Source: Selaginella moellendorffii
Lineage: Eukaryota; Plantae; Lycopodiophyta
Assembly: GCF_000143415.4 (NCBI RefSeq)
Contig: NW_003314339.1
Location: forward strand, 427,751 to 491,750
Reading direction: 5' to 3'
DNA length: 64,000 bases
Below the pieces are notes generated by a model. That model had not been told where the DNA came from and searched no databases. It saw nothing but the letters and a program-made list of their open reading frames with translations. Both the position numbers and the translations under genes were made by a program. Shown piece by piece: positions 11,439 to 21,739 of this stretch; the first letter of the stretch is position 1, and each line of letters opens with the position of its first letter.

Positions 11439-12297
11439 TTACTTGTATCCCTTGCCAACCAGCTCAACGTCAAACAAGAGCACCGAGTTTGGAGGAATGA
11501 CGCACGATTTACCTGCAAGACCTTGTAACTTAAGTCGCTATTCAACCTCATTGAGTTTGGAGAACTTCACCTCTACACCCAGCTCCTCTCTCGCCATAGC
11601 CAAGCTTGGGAGGAATTCTAAGCTTGCGCTTCCCTCCTGGGCTCACATAGACAAAGAGTTACTTATCAAACTGGTCGATCCATCCCGGGGACAAGATAAA
11701 CACCTGTTAGCATCGGTGGCACATCACTTCCTCCCAAGATTCCCTCGTCCCATCCTCTGATCACCTACATGTCATGGCAAAACCCGTGAAGAAAAGACCA
11801 ACCTCCGAGCGTATACGTACGTACCTGTCCTACACCCACGTTGAAGCTCAGTGGCTTTCCCCGCTTGTAGCTACTGTCAAATACGGTGCCATCTTCCAGC
11901 GTTCCAGTGTAGTGCACCTGTCTCAAGATAGATCTCTCAAGATTTCATACTAAAAGTTACTGGATGATCCCACCTTGATGAGAGCACCCTTGGCGATTGA
12001 TTCGCCAGTCCCGACCATTGTGTCGCAGTACTCGAGCCCCGACGCGGATGTCGTGTACCCTTGTTGATCTTGAGCTGCAGCTGGTGTGGCGGTGGCGGTG
12101 GTAGCAGCCACCAACGCCAGCAATGGTACCACCACTCCTCTCCTGCTCAACTTTGCTGTGATCGTCGTCTTGCTCATGGCTCTTGGATTGTTCCTTGAGC
12201 TGCTGCTAGCATACGCGCTGCTGCTGAGACGACGAGGCAACCCAATTCTGATACCCACGAAGCTACTCGCCAAATGCACGGTAGCGGTGGTCGCCAT
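11439..12297 (-). CDS. Thylakoid-lumen FKBP-type peptidyl-prolyl isomerase (FKBP13-like)
   Basis: Transit peptide with twin-Arg SRRG; SGLEYCD..VGTG / VHYTGTLEDGTVFDSSYKRGKPLSF.VGVGQ / VIRGWDEGILGG..VPPML / GGKRKLRIPPKLGYGERGAGC / CVIPPNSVLLFDVELVGK; TAA at 11439-11441. Confidence 0.88.
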
Positions 12298-12367
12298 TGC
12301 CTAGGGGATTCAAGCCCCTGTTTTTCTAGGTAGGGCGCGCGAAGATTTTTCTTTCGCTTTTGTGGCT

Positions 12368-13324
12368 ATGGCGATACTTCAACCCAATCCAAGTCCGCTG
12401 CTGCAAATGCTTCGTCCTGCGCGGAGCAGCACCATCGCGGTGGGAAATGCGAATGCAAATCCACCAATGCAGCAGCATCAGCAGCAGCAGCAGCAGCACG
12501 AGACCATGAGATTAGTGATGGGGCGACGGGAGGCATCGATGGTGGCATTGACGTCGTTGCTATTGAGCGGCGGAGTGAGATTGGCGGCAGCGGCGGAGGA
12601 AGAGGCGCCGCTGCAACAATTGCAAGAGACACAACAAGTAGAAGAGCTGCAACCGCAACCGCAAGCGCAAGAATGCGAGTGGAAGGTGATGGAATCAGGG
12701 CTGAGTTTCTGCGACCTTGTCGTGGGCACAGGCACAGCACCAGTCAAAGGGAACGTAATTCGGGTGAGCGGAGCTTGCCTTTTAGCTTCGATTCAATCAC
12801 AGCCATCGTGTTCTGTGCTCTTGTGCAGTTACACTACCAGGGGAGGAGAGAAGATGGGTTTGTTTTCGACAGCAGCTATAATCGGGGCGAGCCTTTCTCG
12901 TTTCAGCTCAACTCCGCGGGAGTGAGTTCTCGATTCAAGTTTCTATGCTAGATCAAATAGGATACATGGTTCTATACAGGTGATGAAGGGGATCTATGAA
13001 GCAATCTTGGGCTCTGGCGATGAATTCCCACCAATGCGGCCAGGTATATGTTAGCTTGTGTGATTGTGTGTTACACAGCATAAGCGCAGGAGGCAAGCGT
13101 AAAGTCCGTGTTCCACCGGAGCTTGGTTTTGGAAAGAACCCAGGAATGTGCCCCAGATTTTGGAGTGGTGAGTAACTATCGATAAACAATGGCTTTGCTT
13201 GATCAAAGTGGAATTTACAGGACCATGCACTGTACCAGCTAATTCTGTGCTCCTGTATGATTTAGAGTATTTGGGCTTGTGGAAATTTGAGGATGACACT
13301 CGCCCATTCCATTTGTTCACATAA
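12368..13324 (+). CDS. Second thylakoid-lumen FKBP (FKBP13/FKBP16-2 family paralogue)
   Basis: Twin-Arg GRRE signal; CEW...ESGLSFCDLVVGTG / LHYQGRREDGFVFDSSYNRGEP / VMKGIYEAILGSG..PPMRP / GGKRKVRVPPELGFG / CTVPANSVLLYDLEYLG; TAA at 13322-13324. Confidence 0.85.
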
Positions 13325-14490
13325 AATTACATAGTTCTCACTGTGACATTATTTTAAGCATATTCTTATTAATCTATTATGATTTTCCCCTTAAATCATC
13401 AATAGTTTTCTCATTTATCTTAAATAATTTCAAAAAAGAACTATATTTATATTTGTTTTTTCACAAACATGGCAAATATTAGCCTTTTTAGAATGTTTAA
13501 CTTTACCTTCACATATATTTTTTACAAAACGTGTTTATGGTATAAATTTAATAAGTTTATATATAAAGATTACCCAAAGGAGTTTACTCTAAATTTATCA
13601 ATTAAAAAAAATTAATAACTTTCAAAAAGTTATTTACAAAATTTAATTTCTATCAGTTGTCTATTTATTTCTATATTTCAAAATGAATTTAGAACTTAAA
13701 GTTCATAATAAAGTTCTCTCACTCAAACTAAAATACTATATTTAATAAAGAAATTTAATTTTAGAATTATTTTAATATTACATATTTTTAATTTAGCTGT
13801 ATTTATTTAAATATTTAAATTATAATTAAAAAATTTCTAATTGAAATATCTAAATTTATCTTCAATTTTTAATATATAAAATACACTCCAAAATTATTAT
13901 ATAGCCATAAAGATAGTTTTAACTTTCTTTGCAAACTATAATAATATTAAAAACATTATTGATAAAATCTACTAGTTATTAGAGCCAACTCTTAATTTAA
14001 AGTATTGGAATAAAAGCTTAAAATTATGAACTTATGTTATAATTACTACAAATGAAGCATATAAATAGAGTTCTAGATCTACAATTTTTTAATAGTCAAT
14101 TAATTAATTAAGTATAGATAGCATATGATGGTTATTATCTCCATTAACTAAACATATTCAGTATTCAATAACTAATTACTAAATTAAATTAAATATCCAT
14201 TGAATATTGTGGGAGTTGTGCTAGCATAATGAGATTATAGCTAAAACGTTTGTGATGTGATGCTTAAAGATTTTTATCTAAATTCTAAATATTACATTTT
14301 TTATTTAATTTCAATTGAATATCAATAACTGCACTCGTGGATTTAATGAAAAAATGTGATATCTTAAATAATACATATAATTCACAGTTATTATATAAAG
14401 ATGGGATTTATGTGATTTTTATTTAATAATAAATTATACATAGTTTATGTTTTTATATTATTTGCTGTGCATTGCATACAGCAATGATAA

Positions 14491-14985
14491 GTTTATAATT
14501 ATAAACACAAGATTAATATTATTGAATATCAACCATTAGATGGTAGAATAAACTAGAATATACCAGGAAGTGTTTAGCAAAGTTTATACATTATAAACAT
14601 GTTTATAAATTATAAATACATGATTAATCTAAATGAATAACAATCATTAGATGGTAGAATATCCTATAATATCTAAGCACTATAGGTTTGCTTAAGGAAA
14701 AAAAAAATATAAAGGTACCATTAAAAGCAGCTTTTAAGTTTCTTAATAAATATGGTTTTTAGTTTGGTTAAGCAAATTTGTTGATAGTGGATATACCTAG
14801 AAAAGACTCGAATATTCTAGAATATTTTATCATCTAATGGTTATTATTTATTTAGATTAATCTTGTATTTATAATTTATAAGCATGCTTATAATTTATAA
14901 ACTTTCTTAAACCCTTTCTAGTATATTCTTTTTTATTTTATCATCTAATGGAATAAGATTAATTTTGTGTTTATAAATTACAAAC
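14491..14985. repeat. AT-rich imperfect long inverted repeat (fold-back/MITE-like element)
   Basis: ~14491-14665 is approximately the reverse complement of ~14820-14985 (e.g. ttataaattataaatacatgattaatctaaat vs atttagattaatcttgtatttataatttata). An inner tttgcttaa/ttaagcaaa pair is also present. Confidence 0.7.
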
Positions 14986-16689
14986 ATGCTTATATTTATA
15001 AACTCTATTTGATCAATTTGATTAATAAGTAACAATATTAAGCAAACCAAGCGGTGCTACATGCAACTTGTAGCAATTTATTAAGTTTATTTGTTCTTTT
15101 AATATATTCACAGAGTAGAGCTTGAGCTCATTACAGATTGGCTTTGCATACAAGTAACATTTGGATTACGCTCTTTGTACAAAATCTAGTTGTTGAATTA
15201 AAACAGTGTTCTAACTTGTTACATCTTTTTCCAATTATACAACTTCACCTGCCCTAAGAGCTGATTGTTTTCTTGTGAGTAATACAAATCACCTTTACAA
15301 GCTACATTCTCCAGTTGAGTGTTCTACAAAACATCCAAGACAGAGCAATAGAGCTGTCTTGGGTTCAATTCCTTTTCAAACTAGTTCCCTTCTTTAGAGT
15401 TAGCTTATCAAACTTTGATACAGAAGAGCAAAAGTGAGGAGGGGAGGGTGGTGGGAGCGAGAAGACAAAAGGAAAAGCTTCCAAACTTTTTTGCAGTCTC
15501 ATACTTCTTGTTGGGTACTGCAAGACTGCCAAAACAGAATATTGTAGTCCAACTTCACTCACTCACTCAACTCAAACACACCAAGCACCAAGTTCATCTC
15601 TTTGGAACTTTCATTGATTGAAACAGGGTTACATTTAAACATCAATTGGCTCAGTGACAGCTGGGTTCAAGAGTTCTTCCAAGATTTCTCTCATCATTCA
15701 TTACCACACTTGACCATAGGTGGGGCAGTGAGTCACCAAGTCTGCTTCAATTGAATGCTTAGTCTCTATATTACCTGGGGCACTCTCCAATTGCAGGTGA
15801 TACAATTGCAGATCACATAAAGGGACTCTATGCTGCCACTCCATTTCCACGCACCTGTTCCACTCCCAAATAACTCAATACTTGAAAAGATTCTAAGAAT
15901 ATCCCCTCTGGAACCTCCCAAAATATTTCAATACAGAATATTCTAGCTTTAAACACTCCACAAGTTTCACTCCTACAATTTCAACTTAAAATATCTTTTG
16001 ATCCACATGTACAATTTCAATTTAAAATATCTTTTGATCCACATGTCCAATCTTCTTGATCTTGGCTTGTTGGAAAGCCCTCACTGAGCTCTTCACCTCT
16101 GAAATCCTCATTGCATGCGAGATAATTACCAAGAACTTCTCAGCTCTAAAACCACTTGAACTTCATCAACTTCAGCTGCATCTCCCCTCTAGGGCTCTAC
16201 CACACTACTTCACTTCCTTTTGCACTTCTTCTAACTCACAAACCACACAAATCTTTGAAAAACAAGGGAAAAAAGCAAAGTGAGTCAAACTTCTTGATTA
16301 ACAAATATAGATAGATACTCCCACTCCCAATTCCACCATAGCACCTCTATAGTTATAGCACCAAGCACAACTGTGTTACTTCTTTTCTTTGAGCTTTGAA
16401 ATAAAGCTTTACTGGTTGAGAAGATGGTAGAGTCCAACCGAAGATTGCAGCAAAGCATGAAGAAGAGTTCACTGACATTCATCTATCATTTTCACATCTC
16501 TCAGCCTCTTTAAGTAAGCCACCCGATAATTCCACTGCCCTATCCTGCCGCAAGAAAGTTCATCTCGGGTCCCTCCTGATGGCTTGATCGTCGCTAGCAC
16601 TTACGATCCAGGGATACTCCTGATTGCGTGAACAGGCACCTTCTCGTCTTGTAGTTCCAGACCTTGGACAAGATCAATTGAAACAAAGA

Positions 16690-17480
16690 TCAAAGATCTT
16701 CAAGCTCGAAAGAGAGAGGCCGGCTTATACAATCAGTGCGGGGGTGCTGTATTACGTCAAAGAAAAGGCTTTGAGGACTTACGACTTTGCCACTTCAGAG
16801 GACACATCACTGATAAACATTCGAAGAGCGGGGCTGAATCAGAGAACATTGTCTTGCAATCCAGCGGAGAACGCCGTGCTTTTATGCTCGGACCGTCACA
16901 ACGGTACGTACAAATCCCGAGAAGTAATGACACTACGGCCGAAGAAAGCCAGCGGGTCGTGGGGTGTTTCGTGCCCCGCAACCGCTTTGCTGTTCTGGAC
17001 AAGGCGCACGGCTTGATTCTAGTCAAGAATCTGAAGAACGACGTCTCCAAGAGAGTCGAGGCTCCATCGGCGAAAGTTGACGCCATCTTCTATGCGGGGA
17101 CGGGATCTTGGAGCCTTCGACAGTGCAATGCGCCTTCTACTCGGCAACTCGGGATCAAAAACTTCGCGCCGGTTTTTTGCGACCTCCAGAGCTCGCTCGG
17201 GGCCCTCAAGCAGATTGATCGGATGGTCTTTAGAATCGCCCTCGAGATCACGCGAGCATCTTGACGTATGCCCTCGAGAAAGGCTGGTCGGACTCGCCGC
17301 CGCCAAACGTCCGCAACGGTCCAGCGCTCATCTACAAGCTCAACACCGAAGGTACCGCTCCACACCGTCCCGGTGGACAGCCGCACAGAGGTGATCGGCA
17401 AGAGCAAGACCTGGCATCCCAAAACAGAAAGATGCAATCTAAAACATCATATGAAAGCGTAGCTGCTCGTGCCAGATGTG
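16690..17480 (+). pseudogene. COPA: Coatomer alpha (alpha-COP) pseudogene fragments, internally deleted and frameshifted
   Basis: IFKLERERPA....LYYVK..LR.YDF..., TLS.NPAENAVLLCSD, RNRFAVLDK....LVKNLKN...DAIFYAGTG, then jumps to the C-terminal AFDSAMRLL..QLGIKNFAP and LEKGWS...PNVR..PAL. The pieces lie in different frames. Confidence 0.8.
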
Positions 17481-19002
17481 CCGCGAGAAGTCATGATCGA
17501 GGTCTTCACCCGCCAAACAAATATCACAAATATCCTTGAGACACTGTGAATAGAAGCGCCGTGATCGGGAGAATTTTATTCTTTCTTTGTGCTTTCACTC
17601 ATATTTAATTTTAGCTATGGAATGATTGTTTCAAGAGATCATGAGAGAAATGGGCTTCTAAACGCCCAGAATCTGAAATGAAAAGCGATTCTTGAAACTC
17701 TGGTGCGCGAGTTGCTCCAATGCGCATTTCTTCGAAGTTTTCATGGGGAAAATAGCGATTCCATTCCTGCGATTATCAAGTAAAGAAGAGGAAGCTAGGA
17801 AGCTAAGAATTTACAAGCGAGAGCGATTATCAGTAGCCAAGAAGAGGAATCTCAAGTTCTATTCCAACATGAGGAAAGAATTCACAGGTAGAAGCGGTAG
17901 CGAAACCTCACATCAAGCTGCCTTGGCCGTTTTGGTTGGCTGCCTTGGCTCCTACTTCTGCTCGCCAACAGCAGCAGCCAGAAACAACGGTGGCAGGTAA
18001 TACATTTTTTTCATCATCATACCTCTTGTTCTTGTGCTCCCAGCCAGACTGATTTTCTTTGAGGGATGATCTCATCTCTCCAATGAAAGCTACAAAATCT
18101 CTACCTCCACGTACCTTACGGACCTATACCTTACGGCCTTACGGACCATAAAATATTTTTTTCACGTGCGGCGGCGTTCTGCCATGTTCTTGGGTGATCA
18201 CTCTTCGATCCAATCTTTGACAATGCAGCGAATGGAGGGAGCTCGAAAGGCGCTACAGGTAGTCTCTAGTGGTGCGATGGGACGCCCAAGGGCATGGAAT
18301 TCGGCCAGCCAGATAGGGGGAGAAAAGCTAAAGGAAACCAGCGCACTGAGAAAGCAAAACTTGGGATAAAAAGAAAGCAGCGACAGCACTGAGAAAGCAA
18401 AACCAGGGAGAGAAGAGAGGCGCTGGGGCTGGGGCTTTTAGATGACGAATATGGTATATTCGGAGTGGAAACTACCATGGCTCCAGCGTGTGGCCCGCTA
18501 TATTCTTCTAGTCTTGTGTGAGCTGGGAGACAACGAGAATTGGAGTGTGCTGCGTCACAAGGAAAGAATAAATCCGGGCCGGCATTATAGCGAATGAGTT
18601 TTGAATTTGATCGTTCCGAGCAGCTCAGATGTAAGAATATTTTCAAAGAAATGGCAATCGCTACCGCCAGGATCTCGTCTCTTCCACTGCTGACTCAGAG
18701 AGGATTTGGCAGATGATCTCTTGGAGAACTGCGATCAGTGAGTGTCCCGGAGACTAAACTTGCCCAGAGCGGGAATCTGGACCGATGCCTCCGAAGATGC
18801 CCGCGGCATTGTATTTTAAAAATTGATAATGCAAATGTATGAAACGCGTCAATATAAGAAGATTTTTCTGGAAGAATTCCAAAGAAAGATAGACACTCGT
18901 GAAACACGGTGGCTTCTGCATATGCCCATTCGCGCTATCTTGTTTGAATCTTTGATGGTAGAATCCACGAACTTTGGGAATGGTGCACAATCCTCCCCCG
19001 CT

Positions 19003-19270
19003 TAATGACCAGCACACAAGCCAGGATGCATCAGCATAAGTCACAAACGCTGCAAATCTGCCCGGCCACCTCCGGCACGAACCGGACAGCGCAGCAGGGG
19101 CACGACACCGCCCGCGTAGATGGGCGTTGCTCCCCACACCACAAACGGGTTCCTCTCCGTCGTAGTTGTTCCTCTCGCACGCCTGGAGGACCTGCTTCGA
19201 ATTGGCGATGCCGGTGTGGTTTCGATTCGTGTCTCGCAATCGCCTCGCCAGCTGCGTCGCTGTGAATTGG
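19003..19270 (-). pseudogene. COPA: alpha-COP extreme C-terminus fragment (opposite orientation)
   Basis: LARRL.DTN......KQVLQACERN..., VSCPCCAVRFVP...GQICSVCDL and ADAS.L.C match the alpha-COP C-terminal Cys motif; frameshifted. Confidence 0.75.
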
Positions 19271-19324
19271 AGTGTGCTGCGTGTCAGGAGCAAAATGAAG
19301 TTGTAAATATTCCAAGGGACCTTC

Positions 19325-20060
19325 AAACAGACGGCTCAGATGTTCCTTATAGATCCTATCTTTTAGAATTCCACTGTGTCTTTGGCATTAGGTGCAGCTG
19401 TGAGTATGTTCAAAGATCCTGTTCAAGATTGATTTTATTCTGTTTGTCAGGTGGGCTAGATGAGCACACAAAGCGCTATGGCACTCTTTCTTGTGGAGCA
19501 TGCACAGGGTAACGGACACACAAATTTTCGGACAGTTAATTGCGACGAATCTCTCTACAACAGTCTCATCATGTTCCTTGGCAAGGTCCATTCGAGGTCA
19601 ACGATGTTTTTGCCATTGTGAACGCAGTCCCCGCGATAGCTCTCATGTCTTACGGATTCTCATACAAAGGACTCCTTCCTGGCCTGTGCTTTGGAGCAGT
19701 AAGTAATGGAAGCATTTCTTGTAGCTTTGAAAATATTGCATGTCACGTCAGTGCCTGGGCATCACCATCTTCGGGATGGCCTACATGTCTGTTCACGACG
19801 GCCTGGTGCACCAGCGGTTTTCAGTTGGCCGATGTGCCATATTTTCAGAAGGTAGCTGCTGCTCACCAGGTTTGTCCATAAATCATTCAGCTCTACATTC
19901 ACCATCAAACCTGGCGTTCCGTACGGTTTGTTCCTGGGCTGAAGGTGAGCGAGAGACTGGAAACCAAACTTTTGACGGATTCATTGCCCTGATAGCAGCC
20001 GGAAGCGGTTGGTGGAGAATTGGAGCTGGAGAAGCTGGTGTCAAGTCGCCTCACCAAAAG
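19325..20060 (+). pseudogene. BCH: Beta-carotene hydroxylase (non-heme di-iron BCH/CrtZ) pseudogene
   Basis: WAR*AHKALWH..LWSMH (TGA at ~19461 in place of Trp) / SHH.P..GPFEVNDVFAIVNAVPAIAL.SYGF..KGL.PGLCFGA / GITIFGMAYM.VHDGLVH.RF..ADVPYF.KVAAAHQ / GVPYGLFLG. In-frame stop and frameshift, with no clear N-terminus. Confidence 0.82.
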
Positions 20061-20374
20061 ATTATTTTTATTATTACTTTATAGAAAAAGCCGCAAATCG
20101 GACATAGAAAACGTGCGTTTTTTTAAAAACTGGCGGGTGGCCGCATATGAAAAAGACTCTGTCCTAGCAAGGTTTGTACGCAGCTCGGACTAAACCACGG
20201 ACTTCGTACCCCAGTAGGAGGAAGGAAGAGCAGTGTCCCACGCCCCGCGCACATCCATCTCGGGTCGGTCCCTTGTTTGTGAGGAGGCTTTCTGAAACGT
20301 ATCGCTGCAAGGCGGTTGCTTGCAACTTGAATGAAAAGTGTAGCTGCGGCTTGAAGGGGGACAAGAAGGAGCAG

Positions 20375-21739
20375 ATGTTTGCCAGTACCACGACTTCGCA
20401 TCGGCTTGTTCGAAGAGTGGCAACAACCAGTACTGGGCCGAATGTGAAGAGCAGGAAGCCGCTATGCGGGAAGAAGAGCGAGAAGATGATTGCCAGTACC
20501 ACGGCTCCGCCCCCGCTTGTCCGAAGTGTGAAGAATGTAACAACGACAAGTACCGGACCGGGATTCAAAGTCAATGCATTGGGCTTGCTCCTGGGGACGT
20601 GTTTGCTCTTGCACCCAGCAAACCATGCTGGAGCTCTGGACATCGAGACTGCTCAAAAAACATGGAAATGTCTTCTGGGTGGATGCAGGTGCTGTTGTGC
20701 TCCCCGGGTTTCATTGTTTATTTTGAATCCACCTGATCTCATAGTTGTGCATGTTCTTCAGCTCCGAGCTGGTTCGATGCGTGGGAGATCCTTCATGCGC
20801 TGCCAATTTAGTTTGTCTGGAAACTTGCAGCCCAGGAGACTTGAATTGCCAAGTATTATTTGATTTTATACGATCAAGTTGCTCACTCTGTTTCTGTTCT
20901 CTCGTTTTGTATCGGAACATAGGTCAGATGCAGAGACATTTTCCAGAACAAGGTCGTAGAGGAATTCAACACATGCCTCCTGAGCAAAAAAAAGTGCATC
21001 CCTCAAAGTGCCAACAACGGCTCCTACCCGGTACCTCCAGACTGCGGTTTGGTGGAAAAGTTCAACACCCAAGACTTCACAGGCACATGGTATATTACCA
21101 GCGGTCTTAACCCCCTTTTCGATCTCTACGATTGCCAAGTCCATGAGTTCTCGGCCGGTCCCCACAAGCTCACCGGAAAACTGACGTGGAGGGTGACCAC
21201 CCCCGACGGCGGCTTCATCACACGCCACGCGATACAAAATTTCGTGCAGAAGAATCCCAAACGCCCGGGTGTGCTCTCCAATCATGACAACGAGTACCTC
21301 AATTACAAAGACGATTGGTGAGTGTTTCGCAAGCTTCCAAAGCTTCTGTGTACGTAGGTCCGGTGCGTGATGCCAGCATAGCTGCGAATCCTAAATGAGC
21401 AATTGACGCATTGATTGGTGGCTCTTGCGCAGGTTCATCGTCTCCGCCCGGCTCAACAAGCAACCGGATGACTACGTGTTCGTGTACTACAATGGGTCCA
21501 ACGATGCATGGGACGGCTATGGTGGGGCTGTCGTCTACACACGGAGTTCAAGCCTCCCCAAGTCCAATTTCCCAGAGCTGCGGCTTGCTGCTGCTAAAGT
21601 CGGCTTGGATTTTGACAACTTCAAGATGACTGACAACAGTTGCGGTCCACAGCCATCTTTGTTTGCTAGAGTCCACAAGAGATTGTTTGAAGGAGAGAGA
21701 GCTCTTGCTACAAACCGTAATAGTCCTAGCTATGTATGA
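20375..21739 (+). CDS. VDE: Violaxanthin de-epoxidase-like lipocalin lacking the C-terminal Glu-rich domain
   Basis: Cys-rich domain KCLLGGCR/.EL..C..DPSCAAN..CL.TC....CQ/..C.D.F.N.VV.EFN.C..SKKKC; lipocalin F.G.WYITSGLNP.FD..DCQ.HEF..NHDNEYL.Y.DDW / DDY.FVYY.G.NDAWDGYGGAVVYTRS..TDN.CGP. The start codon is uncertain. Confidence 0.85.

Noticed and set aside
15100-16560. Possible decayed LINE or zinc-knuckle relic on the minus strand
   Set aside because: Only vague similarity, with no motif I can support.
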